This document shows, piece after piece, positions 28,700 through 39,298 of a stretch of 64,000 nt of DNA. Position numbers and translations under genes: made by a program. The stretch is from an uncultured Roseburia sp. (GTDB taxonomy: Bacteria > Bacillota > Clostridia > Lachnospirales > Lachnospiraceae), in assembly GCA_964491235.1 (NCBI GenBank), contig CAZBFN010000007.1:54728-118727 (forward strand), read 5' to 3'. The stretch's first letter is position 1, and the number at the start of each line of letters is the position of its first letter. The notes beneath the pieces are model-generated. The model saw nothing but the letters and a program-made list of their open reading frames with translations, ran no database searches and was not told the DNA's origin.

Positions 28700-30013
28700 T
28701 TAAAATATTACTTTTATCTCTGTACCAATGCCCTCGTCACTGTTCAGTATGATCTGGGCATCATGCTGGGCAACTATATGCTTTACAATGGCAAGTCCCA
28801 GTCCTGTACCTCCCGTGGATTTGGAACGGCTCTTGTCCACCCGGTAGAATCGCTCAAAGATACGATCCTGCTGATCCTTCGGAATACCGATTCCAGTATC
28901 CTTCACACTTATGACAGGTCTATCATTCTCGATAAACGCCTTAATCGTCACAGAACCACCCCGTTTATTGTAGCGCACGGCATTGCTGCACAGATTATAG
29001 ATCAGCTCCTCAATCAATGTCTTGTTGCCGCTTATCAGTGTGGATGCTCCCTCCAATAACAGGGTAACTTCATTCTTCTGTGCCTGCATCTCCATCTGCG
29101 AAATGCAATTCTTGCCCATCTCATAGAGGTCTATGGTCTCAAACTCCAGCTTCAGATCCGCATCATCCAGCTCTGACAGCTTGATAATATCGTTAATCAA
29201 GGACTGCAAGCGCTCTGCGCTGCGATGAATCTCACTAGCAAAGTGCTGTGTATCCTGCTCATTGGTCATTCCACTCTCAATCAGCTCTGCATAGCCAGAT
29301 ATCGCTGTCAACGGTGTCTTCAATTCATGGGATACGTTGGCTGTAAATTCCTGACGCATCTTAGCATGATTTAATATATCGATGTGCTGCTGCTTGATCG
29401 TAGATACAAAAGGACGCATCTCCTCATAGACATCGCCTTCATCCACCATTACGATATTCGCTGCCATCTTCTCGATCGGTGCCACGATCCGGGTAGTCAA
29501 TCGCTTGGCGAATAAGACACACATACCGAAAACACAGATACCCACACCCATGATCAGCCATGCCATATTCCACATAAGATGGTAGACACTATTGCTCGCC
29601 TTACCGATTCGCAGAACGTTTCCATCCGAAAGCAGCATCGCATAATAAAAGGTGTGCTTTGCCGATGTTGTGGATGTACGCATGCCCCTGCCTTCTCCGG
29701 TCTCAAATGCCAGCTCCACCTCCGGTCTTCCTCTGTGGTTCTCCATCCTCTCCTGATTCTCTACACTGTCGTAGATGACTTTACCATCCGCATCGATCAA
29801 CGTGATTCGAAGCCCATCCTTATCTAACCTCTGGTGGACTTCCTCCGGAATATACTCCAGATCGATCATGGACATAACATGAGCATTTGCCTTTAAATCA
29901 TCAAATATCTGTTCCATCAAAATGCTGTAAAACAGGATTACAGCACAAACGGCAGTCGCCACAATGGCGATTGCCGCTATTAACATAAACTTTGCATTTA
30001 ACTTCTTTTTCAT
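28700..30013 (-). CDS. phoR: PhoR-like sensor histidine kinase
   Basis: FTANVSHELKTPL, NAVRYN, DTGIGI and GTGLGL motifs; phosphate-locus context. Confidence 0.88.
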   Translation of the reverse strand: MKKKLNAKFMLIAAIAIVATAVCAVILFYSILMEQIFDDLKANAHVMSMIDLEYIPEEVHQRLDKDGLRITLIDADGKVIYDSVENQERMENHRGRPEVELAFETGEGRGMRTSTTSAKHTFYYAMLLSDGNVLRIGKASNSVYHLMWNMAWLIMGVGICVFGMCVLFAKRLTTRIVAPIEKMAANIVMVDEGDVYEEMRPFVSTIKQQHIDILNHAKMRQEFTANVSHELKTPLTAISGYAELIESGMTNEQDTQHFASEIHRSAERLQSLINDIIKLSELDDADLKLEFETIDLYEMGKNCISQMEMQAQKNEVTLLLEGASTLISGNKTLIEELIYNLCSNAVRYNKRGGSVTIKAFIENDRPVISVKDTGIGIPKDQQDRIFERFYRVDKSRSKSTGGTGLGLAIVKHIVAQHDAQIILNSDEGIGTEIKVIF

Positions 30014-30681
30014 TCTATCATATACCCTACATTGCGGACTGTCTTAATACAGCTTCCAGAAGTTCCAAGCTTCTGACGCAATGTCTTAATGTGCATGTCT
30101 ACTGTGCGGCTCTCTCCTTCGTATTCAAATCCCCATACCTGATCCATGATCTTGTCACGGGATAAGACGATACCCTTATTGATCATCAGGTACTTTAACA
30201 ACTCGAATTCCTTGAAGGTCAGTTCACATGGGGTATCACCCAGGTATACTGCATGCTTATCATTATCAAGCAAGATCTCTCCATGACGGACTTGAGATTC
30301 CTCCTGTGTGCTCTGAGTACGGCGCAACAACGCCTTCACTCTGGATATCAGCTCCATCACACCAAAAGGCTTAGTGATATAGTCGTCAGCCCCAAGATCC
30401 AGTCCCTTGACCTTGTCCATCTCGCTGGTCTTCGCTGTCACCATAATAATCGGAATTCCCGCCGTCGCCTTGTTGGCACGAATCTTCGTAAGAATATCCA
30501 GTCCGTCTTCATTCGGAAGCATGATGTCAAGCAGAATCAGAGATGGCGTCGCCTTCTCTATCCGCTTGAAAAAATCAGCTCCACACCCAAACTCTTCTAC
30601 ATCATATCCGCTGTTTTTTAACGCGTATCGCTCTATCTCGCGGATATTTATATCATCTTCAACAATATAAATCGTAGCCAT
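30010..30681 (-). CDS. phoP: PhoP/PhoB-like OmpR family response regulator
   Basis: Receiver domain plus winged helix (SRTVDMHI); coupled to the kinase by an ATGA overlap. Confidence 0.88.
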   Translation of the reverse strand: MATIYIVEDDINIREIERYALKNSGYDVEEFGCGADFFKRIEKATPSLILLDIMLPNEDGLDILTKIRANKATAGIPIIMVTAKTSEMDKVKGLDLGADDYITKPFGVMELISRVKALLRRTQSTQEESQVRHGEILLDNDKHAVYLGDTPCELTFKEFELLKYLMINKGIVLSRDKIMDQVWGFEYEGESRTVDMHIKTLRQKLGTSGSCIKTVRNVGYMIE

Positions 30682-30725
30682 GATAGTTCTCTCCTTTCAC
30701 CGCCGCATCGGAGAGTGTTCAGTTG

Positions 30726-32486
30726 TTACAGCTCGTACTTCTCGCCAAATTCCTGCAACAATCTTGTAAACTCTGCGCTCTCGACCTCATCCAGCTGCTC
30801 GGTATAGCTATGCTCCTCTAACTGAGTGTCCTTAAGCTGCATCATGTACACCGCAATGTTGGAACAGTGGTCTGCCACACGCTCATAGTTCATAGCCAAA
30901 TCAGACAGTACCAGTCCAAGCTCGATGGTACACTTTCCTTTGCGAAGGCGCTTCATATGATGCTTCTTCACATCTTTATTCAATTCATCGATCACTTCCT
31001 CAAGCGGTGCTACCGTCCGGGCAAGTTCCTGATCGTTTGTTACAAATGCATTGGTGGTTCGGTCTAAGATATCTCTAATCGCAGCTCCGAAAACCGCCAT
31101 CTCTTCGCTTCCCTTCTTGGAGAACTCCAAGCCGTCCTTGTGCATCTGCTGTGCATTCTCCACGATGTTAATCGCGTGGTCAGAAATACGCTCAAAGTCT
31201 GTCAGACAGTGAAGCAGGGAAGTCGCCCGTAAGCTATCATTATAAGACAGGTTCTCACTGCTAAGCTTGGTCAGATATGCACCAATCTTATCATCATAAG
31301 TATCCACCAAATTTTCCTTCTTAACAACGTCTGCTGCCTTTTCCTCAGAATAATCGGCAAGGACTTCCATCGCCTCTAAGATACTTGCTCTGGTCATCTC
31401 TGCCATCTGACTCACCAGAGAACGACACTGCTCAATTGCAAATGCAGGAGAGGAAAGGAAACGCTCATCTAAGATAGCAAATACATCCTCTGTGGTATTC
31501 TTCTCGTCCTCTGTCAGAGGAAGTGTCAAATACGCCAGCTTCTCTAAGCCCTTTGTAAATGGAAGCAATACAAGTGTTGTAAAGATATTAAAGATACTGT
31601 GGATCAATGCGATTCCTGCTGCACCAACGGTCTCATCTGCAAAGGAGAATCCAATGATCGCATTTCCTGTATAGAATAACAGTAAAAACAGTATCGTTCC
31701 AATAATATTAAAATATAAATGCACAAATGCAGTACGTCTTGCACCTCTATTTGCTCCGATTGCAGAAATCATCGCTGTTACACAGGTTCCGATATTCTGT
31801 CCCATGATAATTGGGATGACAGAACCATAGGAAAATGCACCTGTTACAGAAAGTGCCTGTAAAATACCAACAGATGCAGAGGAACTCTGAATGATCGCTG
31901 TCAACAATGCACCTGCAATAACACCAAATACTGGGTTATCGAACATAGTCAATATGTTAGTAAACTCTGGAACATCAGCAAGTGGCTCTACCGCTCCACT
32001 CATCAGCTCCATACCCTGCATTAACACGGTAAAACCGAGCAGGATCTCACCAACATCCTTCTTCTTGTCGCTCTTTCCAGACATGATAAATATGATACCT
32101 ATCGCTGCCAAAATCGGCGCAAATGAGGATGGCTTTAACATCTGTATAAAGAAGTTGCCTCCTTCAATACCAGTCAAACTAAGCAGCCATGCCGTCATGG
32201 TCGTACCAATATTGGCACCCATGATGATACCAATTGCCTGTGACAACTTCATGATACCGGAATTTACAAAACCGACTACCATAACTGTGGTCGCGGAGGA
32301 CGACTGAATCACAGCCGTTACACCAGCACCTAATAATACCGCTTTGATCGGGTTAGAGGTAAGATTCTCTAATATACGCTCTAACTTACCACCCGACATC
32401 TTCTCCAAGCCAGCGCCCATAACGTTCATTCCGTAAAGAAACAGTGCCAGCCCACCTACGAGGGTCAGTACTCCAAAAATGTCCAT
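30726..32486 (-). CDS. Na+/Pi cotransporter with C-terminal PhoU-like domain
   Basis: QSSSATT and GANIGT repeats; DFERISDH and NYERVADH motifs; start MDIFG with RBS AAAGGAG. Confidence 0.93.
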   Translation of the reverse strand: MDIFGVLTLVGGLALFLYGMNVMGAGLEKMSGGKLERILENLTSNPIKAVLLGAGVTAVIQSSSATTVMVVGFVNSGIMKLSQAIGIIMGANIGTTMTAWLLSLTGIEGGNFFIQMLKPSSFAPILAAIGIIFIMSGKSDKKKDVGEILLGFTVLMQGMELMSGAVEPLADVPEFTNILTMFDNPVFGVIAGALLTAIIQSSSASVGILQALSVTGAFSYGSVIPIIMGQNIGTCVTAMISAIGANRGARRTAFVHLYFNIIGTILFLLLFYTGNAIIGFSFADETVGAAGIALIHSIFNIFTTLVLLPFTKGLEKLAYLTLPLTEDEKNTTEDVFAILDERFLSSPAFAIEQCRSLVSQMAEMTRASILEAMEVLADYSEEKAADVVKKENLVDTYDDKIGAYLTKLSSENLSYNDSLRATSLLHCLTDFERISDHAINIVENAQQMHKDGLEFSKKGSEEMAVFGAAIRDILDRTTNAFVTNDQELARTVAPLEEVIDELNKDVKKHHMKRLRKGKCTIELGLVLSDLAMNYERVADHCSNIAVYMMQLKDTQLEEHSYTEQLDEVESAEFTRLLQEFGEKYEL

Positions 32487-32630
32487 TTTTTTCTCCTTTT
32501 TTAACACCTAGGACACATGTCCTATAAAAATACATACATTTCTTTTATAACGTATTTTTTTCTGTTTTGCAATTGCAATCAAAGGGGTATTTGTATTTTT
32601 TGTAAATTTCCCGAAAAAAGTGGGTAAATT

Positions 32631-32669
32631 TGTAAAGCCCTCGTCAGATTTATGTAAAATCTGTGTAAA
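32631..32669 (-). promoter_or_regulatory. Pho box array
   Basis: TTTACA (minus strand) at 32631, 32653 and 32664, in 11-bp phase, upstream of the Na/Pi cotransporter. Confidence 0.65.
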
Positions 32670-32709
32670 GTGGCGTTGATATCATATTTTTCCTATGTTT
32701 GAAGATTTT

Positions 32710-33363
32710 TTACTCTTCGTGCTCACCTGTAATAGAGTAGATGACCCACTCTGCGATGTTTGTGGCATGATCACCGATACGCTCAAAATATTTTGCTACC
32801 AGAAGCATATCTGTTGCCTGCTCACCATTTTTTACATTCTCAGTAATCTTCTGGATCAACTGCTGCTTGAACTCTGCAAACAGATCATCCACCACATCAT
32901 CCTGTGCGATGACCCAGCGAGCCAGCTCCAAATCCTTATTAACGAAGGCATCTACACTCTTGATTACCATGTCAGTGGTCGCCTTTGCCATGCTCTCCAC
33001 CAGATCAATGTTGATCTCGCTTCTGGCATACTCAGAACCAGCCATCAGAATCGTCATCTCAGAAATATCCGCTGCATGGTCACCGATACGCTCCATATCG
33101 GTAATCATCTTCAGTGCCGCAGAAATCAGACGGAGATCCTTTGCCACTGGCTGCTGCTGTAAGAGCAGTTTCATACACATAGACTCAACGGTCTTCTCCT
33201 GCTCATCGATCTCTGAATCGAAATCGATCGCCTTCTGTGCCTTCTCCACATCCTGACGTACCAATGCAGAAATTCCCATCTCAATGGCACGCTCGATGAG
33301 GCTTCCCATCTGAATCAATTCATTATTAAGTTCCAATAACTGTCGGTCAAATCTGTTTCTCAT
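32710..33363 (-). CDS. phoU: Phosphate signalling protein PhoU
   Basis: QQPVAKDLR, DMERIGDHA and FERIGDHATNIAE motifs. Confidence 0.96.
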   Translation of the reverse strand: MRNRFDRQLLELNNELIQMGSLIERAIEMGISALVRQDVEKAQKAIDFDSEIDEQEKTVESMCMKLLLQQQPVAKDLRLISAALKMITDMERIGDHAADISEMTILMAGSEYARSEINIDLVESMAKATTDMVIKSVDAFVNKDLELARWVIAQDDVVDDLFAEFKQQLIQKITENVKNGEQATDMLLVAKYFERIGDHATNIAEWVIYSITGEHEE

Positions 33364-33382
33364 TTCCTATCTCCTCTCATTA

Positions 33383-34135
33383 TCAGCCAAAACGTCCTGT
33401 GATGTAATCCTCTGTTCTCTTATCCTGTGGTACGGAGAACAATTTCTCTGTCTCACCGCTCTCGATGACCTCTCCTAATAAGAAAAATACGGTCTTATCA
33501 GAGACACGGACTGCCTGCTGCATATTATGTGTTACCATGACGATTGTATACTTTTTCTTGAGCTCAATTGCCAGATCCTCAATCTTAGATGTGGAAATTG
33601 GATCAAGGGCGGAAGTCGGCTCATCCATCAGAATGACCTCTGGATCTACTGCAAGGGCTCTTGCGATGCAAAGTCTCTGCTGCTGTCCACCGGAAAGGCC
33701 AAGAGCACTCTTCTTCAGACGATCCTTTACCTCATCCCAGATGGCTGCATCTCGAAGAGACTTCTCCACGATCTCATCCAGCTTCGCCTTGGAGTGAACA
33801 CCGTGGGTTCTTGGGCCATAAGCAATATTGTCATAGATGCTCATTGGAAATGGATTCGGCTTCTGGAATACCATACCAACTCTCTTGCGGAGCAGATTCA
33901 CGTCCATACCATTGTAAATATCTTCTCCATCTAAAAGGACATTTCCCGTAATCTTACAGCCCTCAACCAAGTCATTCATACGGTTCAGACACTTGAGAAA
34001 AGTAGACTTTCCACATCCAGAAGGTCCGATGAATGCGGTAATCTCCTTTTCATTAATACTCATGTTGATATTTTTTAATGCATGAAAATCGCCATAATAT
34101 AAATCCAGATTGGATATACTAAATTTTTCTCCCAT
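33383..34135 (-). CDS. pstB: Phosphate ABC transporter ATPase
   Basis: [23 protein letters not shown] and [10 protein letters not shown] motifs; start MGEKF. Confidence 0.97.
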   Translation of the reverse strand: MGEKFSISNLDLYYGDFHALKNINMSINEKEITAFIGPSGCGKSTFLKCLNRMNDLVEGCKITGNVLLDGEDIYNGMDVNLLRKRVGMVFQKPNPFPMSIYDNIAYGPRTHGVHSKAKLDEIVEKSLRDAAIWDEVKDRLKKSALGLSGGQQQRLCIARALAVDPEVILMDEPTSALDPISTSKIEDLAIELKKKYTIVMVTHNMQQAVRVSDKTVFFLLGEVIESGETEKLFSVPQDKRTEDYITGRFG

Positions 34136-34192
34136 TCTTACCTCTTTTCTGTGCCACACTTCCTGCGGCAGCTTTATTTACTCTTTTTCGTT

Positions 34193-35077
34193 CTATTTTG
34201 GTGCTTCAAGCTTCTTTGCTATAAAGGAGGACAACGCATTGATCAGTAAAACGATGATAAGCAGTACCACCGCTGTGGCGTTTGCCTCGTTCTTATGCAA
34301 TCCTTCATTGGAAAGTACATACATATGAATTGCCAGTGTACGTCCAGAATCCATGAGTCCCGCTGTACCTGTCATGGTTCCTGCAGTGTAGATCAACGCC
34401 GCCGTCTCTCCTACGATACGGCCAATTGCAAGGATGACACCGGATAAGATACCCGGAATCGCTGCTGGAAGAACGATCTTGAATATGGTACGGAGCTTTC
34501 CAGCGCCCAGACCGAAGCTTCCCTCACGGTAAGAAACTGGCACACACAAAAGAGCCTCCTCTGTGGTACGCATGATGGTCGGCAATACCATGATTGCCAA
34601 AGTACATGCACCTGCCAGCATGGAATAGCCCCACTTTAACTGAATCACGAAGAACAGCATACCGAACAATCCATATATAATAGAAGGAATACCTGTCAGT
34701 GTCTCTGTGGTAAGACGAATGACACCTACCAGTTTATTGCCTTTTTTCGCATATTCCACCAGATAAATCGCTGCTCCCACACCGAATGGTACAGAAAAGA
34801 GCAGCGCCACCAATACCATGACTATGGTATTAAAAATGGACGGCAGCATGGACACATTATCCGAATTATATTCCAGTGCGAACAGACTAGGTTTTAAGTA
34901 TGGAATACCATTGATCAGAATGTATCCCACCAGAAAAAGTAACGTCAGTACGGTAACCACCGCTGCGATCAAGACCAGAAGCAATAAGATAAATGAGCCT
35001 GGGTGCTTTGCATAGGACTTCATCTTATCACGAAAAGTCACTTTATTAATTGGAGTGATTGCTTTATCCATTGCCAT
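34193..35077 (-). CDS. pstA: Phosphate ABC transporter permease
   Basis: GIPSIIYGLFG and GRIVGETAAL motifs. Confidence 0.95.
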   Translation of the reverse strand: MAMDKAITPINKVTFRDKMKSYAKHPGSFILLLLVLIAAVVTVLTLLFLVGYILINGIPYLKPSLFALEYNSDNVSMLPSIFNTIVMVLVALLFSVPFGVGAAIYLVEYAKKGNKLVGVIRLTTETLTGIPSIIYGLFGMLFFVIQLKWGYSMLAGACTLAIMVLPTIMRTTEEALLCVPVSYREGSFGLGAGKLRTIFKIVLPAAIPGILSGVILAIGRIVGETAALIYTAGTMTGTAGLMDSGRTLAIHMYVLSNEGLHKNEANATAVVLLIIVLLINALSSFIAKKLEAPK

Positions 35078-35926
35078 TTACTCCTTTCCTCTTCTCTTAA
35101 GTATTGAGAAGCACAGATTGACAATTAATATAAATACGAACAGAACTACGCCAGTTGCGATCAGCGCCTCTCGGTGCAGATCCGTAGCGTAACCCATCTC
35201 TAATACAATGTTGGTGGTCAAGGTACGTACTCCCTTGAAGATACTATCCGGTACTCGTGGCTGATTTCCTACTACCATCATGACCGCCATGGTCTCTCCT
35301 AATGCTCGTCCCACTCCCAACACGATTGCTGCGAAGATACCAGACTTTGCCGCAGGCACCACTACCGTGAACACACTTCTCTCATGGGTGGCTCCAAGGG
35401 CAAGGGCGCCCTCGTAGTAGCTCTGCTCTACCGCCCGAATGGTCGGCTCTGATGCTCCAATAATGGTCGGAAGAATCATAATACCAAGCAAAATGGATGC
35501 ACATAAGATACTCTGTCCATTTCCCGGAAAACGTTCTCTAATAAATGGCACCAATACCACCAATCCGAAAAATCCATATACAATGGATGGAATTCCTGCC
35601 AAAAGATCTACAATCGGCTTTAATATCTTGTATAACTTATTTGGGCAAAATCTTGCCATAAATACGGCCATGAGCACTCCCACTGGCACGCCGATGATAA
35701 GAGCCCCACCTGTTACATAGATACTTCCCAGTATCATAGGGAAAATGCCGTACTTGTCATTGCCCGGCTTCCACTTCGTGCCGCTAAGGAAATCCAAAAA
35801 TCCAATTTCTTTCATTGCTGGTATTCCATTTGCGAATAAAAATGCGCAAATCAGCACTACCGCTACAATGGAAATAATCGCCGTGAGCAGGAATACATAT
35901 TCCATTACCTTTTCTTTTACTTTCAT
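35078..35926 (-). CDS. pstC: Phosphate ABC transporter permease
   Basis: LAGIPSIVYGFFG and GRALGETMAV motifs. Confidence 0.95.
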   Translation of the reverse strand: MKVKEKVMEYVFLLTAIISIVAVVLICAFLFANGIPAMKEIGFLDFLSGTKWKPGNDKYGIFPMILGSIYVTGGALIIGVPVGVLMAVFMARFCPNKLYKILKPIVDLLAGIPSIVYGFFGLVVLVPFIRERFPGNGQSILCASILLGIMILPTIIGASEPTIRAVEQSYYEGALALGATHERSVFTVVVPAAKSGIFAAIVLGVGRALGETMAVMMVVGNQPRVPDSIFKGVRTLTTNIVLEMGYATDLHREALIATGVVLFVFILIVNLCFSILKRRGKE

Positions 35927-36064
35927 CTAAACCTCCTGCCAGAAGCATTTTAAGCTTCCGCGCATTCTATCAATGTGATATGTGTATGTTCCACGAAAGG
36001 ACCGGATGAGCCTTTCACTCTCCCGGTCCTTATGTCTGTATGTTTTTCGTTATTCCGGTTTTAC

Positions 36065-37021
36065 TTAGTTTGCTGCATCCCACTCAGTAATCTCGCCCAT
36101 GAAGATTCCCTTTACGGTCTCTGCAGGAAGATCCTCTACTGGGTTCTCCTGATTTACAACTACTGCGATACCATCCATAGCGATCTTGGTTGCTGTCAGA
36201 CCAGCCTCGACCTCAGAGTCCTTTAACTCACGGGATGCCATACCGATATCAAGTGTTCCGTCTGCTGCACCTGTCATACCTGTGGTAGAATCACTGGTCT
36301 GAAGCTCGATCTCTGCTCCTGTATTTACAGCCTTATATGCCTCGATCAACTTCTCCATTACTGGGGATACGGAAGAAGAACCACCAACAACTACCTTACC
36401 TGTTGCGCCGTTAGACTCGAATGCTGCTGCATCATCAGATCCGATGTAACCGTTCTCTGTGATAACTGCCTGTCCCTCTGCACTCATGATATAGTTGATG
36501 AAATCCTGTGCTACCTCGCTGACCTCACCGTTTGTTGCGATGTTAAAAGGTCTTGCAATTGCATATGCACCGCTCTTAATGTTCTCTACGGTAGCCTCTG
36601 CTCCGTCGATCTTAACTGCCTTTACTGTGTCGTTCAAAGAACCAAGAGATACATAACCGATACCATAAGTATCTCCAGATACGGAAGTAAGCATTACATC
36701 AGTACTGTTGGTAATAACTGCCTCTTCTGTTGTGTAATCGATCTTCTCACCACTCTCATCCTTCTGCTCGATTCCGAATAACTCGATGAATGCTCCTCTT
36801 GTACCAGATCCATCCTCACGAGAATATACAGCAATCATCTCTGCTGAGTCAAAATCACTTGCCTCTGCTGCTTCCTCTTCTGCTGCGCCTGTCTCTGCTG
36901 CTGCATCATCTGTTGTAGTTGTTGTTCCCTCTGCTGCTGGCTCCTCGCTGCTTCCACATCCTGTCAGCATGCTTGCTGCCATTACTCCTGTTAATAACAT
37001 ACACATTAATTTCTTCTTCAT
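36065..37021 (-). CDS. pstS: Phosphate-binding lipoprotein
   Basis: Lipobox LTGC; REDGSGTR, GGSSSV, SDSTTG and ASRELK motifs; RBS GGAGG. Confidence 0.92.
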   Translation of the reverse strand: MKKKLMCMLLTGVMAASMLTGCGSSEEPAAEGTTTTTDDAAAETGAAEEEAAEASDFDSAEMIAVYSREDGSGTRGAFIELFGIEQKDESGEKIDYTTEEAVITNSTDVMLTSVSGDTYGIGYVSLGSLNDTVKAVKIDGAEATVENIKSGAYAIARPFNIATNGEVSEVAQDFINYIMSAEGQAVITENGYIGSDDAAAFESNGATGKVVVGGSSSVSPVMEKLIEAYKAVNTGAEIELQTSDSTTGMTGAADGTLDIGMASRELKDSEVEAGLTATKIAMDGIAVVVNQENPVEDLPAETVKGIFMGEITEWDAAN

Positions 37022-37138
37022 TTTACATTCCTCCGTCATTTACATTCGCGGAATCTTCTTTTTCCGCATTCCTACTATTTTATTTCCTGTTGACAAAATC
37101 ACTTTACGGCAGAAATGTAAAATACACAGGTCATATTT

Positions 37139-37166
37139 TGTAAAACCTGTGTAAAATAAATGTATA
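37139..37166 (-). promoter_or_regulatory. Pho box array upstream of pstS
   Basis: Minus strand TATACA-N5-TTTACA-N5-TTTACA. Confidence 0.75.
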
Positions 37167-37184
37167 GATTTCGCTAATGAAATT

Positions 37185-39281
37185 TTACATTTCTTCTCCC
37201 TTCTGGTAGGCCAACGCATAAAAGTACTCTTGGGAATTCAATTTTACATCACCGCTCTTGGACTGGAAGTAGTTTCCATCCTTTTTTAATTCTCTTACCT
37301 TTACATTATCCCGCAGAAGCAGATTGAACATTCCTATGATGCGCTCCTTGATATCTGCATCTAAGATCGGTGCTGCCACCTCCACACGCTTTGTAGTGTT
37401 GCGGGTCATAAAGTCCGCAGAAGCGATATAGACTTTACAATCCTCGGAATCCGGTGCTCCGAAAATGTAAATTCTTGAGTGCTCTAAGAACCGTCCCACA
37501 ATACTGATGACACGGATATTCTCTGTATAGCCCTTCACTCCCGGTATCAGACAACTGATGCCTCGAATGATAAGATCGATCTTCACTCCCGCCTGAGAAG
37601 CCTCTACCAACTTATCGATAATGACACGATCCGTCAGGGCATTCATTTTCAGTCCAATATAAGCTATCTTTCCCGCTCTTGCCTTCTCGATTTCCTCCTC
37701 TATCATCATAAGTACTTTATTCTGTAAGCATTTCGGTGCCACAAGTAGCTGCTTGGAATTTTCCACCAACTGGGCAAGGCACAGCGCATGGAATACCTCT
37801 GCTGCCTCCTCGCCGATCTGCTGATTCGCAGTCATCAGTGACAGATCTGTGTACAGCTTGGCAGTCTTTTCATTATAATTACCAGTTCCCACCTGAGTGA
37901 TATAGTGAACACTGTCTTTCTTCTTATAAGTAATAAGGCATAACTTGGAATGTACCTTGATACGGTCGATGCCGTAGATAATACGGCAGCCCGCCTCCTC
38001 TAATCTTCTTGACCACTCAATATTATTCTCCTCGTCAAATCTGGCGCGAAGCTCTACCAGTACCACGACCTCCTTACCGTTCTCTGCCGCCTCGATTAAC
38101 GCCTCTACTATCTGGGAGTTTTTTGCCACGCGATAAAGTGTCATGCGGATAGATACCACATTCTTATCCTTGCCAGCTTCCTTTAACAGACGGATAAATG
38201 GCTTCATGCTCTCGTATGGAAAGCTCAAAAAGCGATCCTTTTCCTCGATCTGCTGCATCATCGGCACATCCTCTGAGATTCCAGCCGGAAGCTGTGGCAC
38301 TCTGCGCTCGTAGAACAGGCTGCGCTTCTCTCGCAAGGAATCCTGTATCTGAAACAGGAAGGACATCTCAAGAGGTGTCTCTGAGAAAAATACCTGATCT
38401 GGGAACAGTCCCAGTTCCTTTCTAAGGCGCTCGATCACAGTGACATCTAATACTCTTGAATGCTCCAGCTTTACCGGACATAGACGCTTTCTGACCTTAA
38501 TCAGCTTCTCCATGGAATCTCTGTAATCCAGATCTTCGTCATAAAATGCCTCGTCCACATCGATATCTGCATTTCGCACGATGCGGATCAAGGACTTGCT
38601 CTTTACGGTGTAGCGGTCAAAGACCAGTGGCAGGTAATGAAGAATCAATTCCTCCACTAAAATGTACCGATTTTTTGCGGAAGGTACGGCGATGATACGT
38701 GGGAAAATGTCATTACTGCATGGAATAATGCCCAGCTTGTCGCTATTTTTCGTTCCCAGTACCACAACTGCGTAGATTTCCTTATTTTTTAAGAATGGGA
38801 AGGGCTGCTTTTTACCAATGACCTGCGGAGAGAGCAATGGCAGAATGGATTCCATAAAGTAATTTTCCAGATATACCTTATCCTCCGGCAGGATATCCGC
38901 AAAGCTCACGCCCTCCACGCCTTCTTCCTCCTTGAGCTGCTTCATGCACTCTCTATAAATGACATCCTTGCGCTCTGCAAGGGTACGGGTGGCATCAAAA
39001 ATCGCCATGAGCTGCTCCTTGCTAGTCATTCCCGTCTTGTTATCCTTTGCTGTCTTGCTCACCAGCATCTGATCATAAAGGGAACCGACCCTCACCATAA
39101 AGAATTCATCCAGATTGCTCTGGAATATGGATAAGAAGGACAGTCGCTCACATAATGGAACGGAGCGGTCTGCCGCCTCCTCAAGCACCCTCTCATTGAA
39201 CTTAAGCCAGGACAACTCCCGGTTCGCTAGATAATTCTGTTTTCTTGTTGCGCTCTTTCCTGTTTCTCTTACCGTACTCAT
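37185..39281 (-). CDS. ppk1: Polyphosphate kinase 1
   Basis: NRELSWL.FN.RVL, NLDEFFMVRV, ARFDEENN, KVHSK and RFLEHSRI motifs. Confidence 0.97.
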   Translation of the reverse strand: MSTVRETGKSATRKQNYLANRELSWLKFNERVLEEAADRSVPLCERLSFLSIFQSNLDEFFMVRVGSLYDQMLVSKTAKDNKTGMTSKEQLMAIFDATRTLAERKDVIYRECMKQLKEEEGVEGVSFADILPEDKVYLENYFMESILPLLSPQVIGKKQPFPFLKNKEIYAVVVLGTKNSDKLGIIPCSNDIFPRIIAVPSAKNRYILVEELILHYLPLVFDRYTVKSKSLIRIVRNADIDVDEAFYDEDLDYRDSMEKLIKVRKRLCPVKLEHSRVLDVTVIERLRKELGLFPDQVFFSETPLEMSFLFQIQDSLREKRSLFYERRVPQLPAGISEDVPMMQQIEEKDRFLSFPYESMKPFIRLLKEAGKDKNVVSIRMTLYRVAKNSQIVEALIEAAENGKEVVVLVELRARFDEENNIEWSRRLEEAGCRIIYGIDRIKVHSKLCLITYKKKDSVHYITQVGTGNYNEKTAKLYTDLSLMTANQQIGEEAAEVFHALCLAQLVENSKQLLVAPKCLQNKVLMMIEEEIEKARAGKIAYIGLKMNALTDRVIIDKLVEASQAGVKIDLIIRGISCLIPGVKGYTENIRVISIVGRFLEHSRIYIFGAPDSEDCKVYIASADFMTRNTTKRVEVAAPILDADIKERIIGMFNLLLRDNVKVRELKKDGNYFQSKSGDVKLNSQEYFYALAYQKGEEM

Positions 39282-39298
39282 TTTTTCTTTCCTCCACA

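Noticed and set aside
35990-36035. Hairpin between pstS and pstC as a novel RNA
   Set aside because: Stem-loops after the binding-protein gene are a common way to stabilise or attenuate ABC operons.
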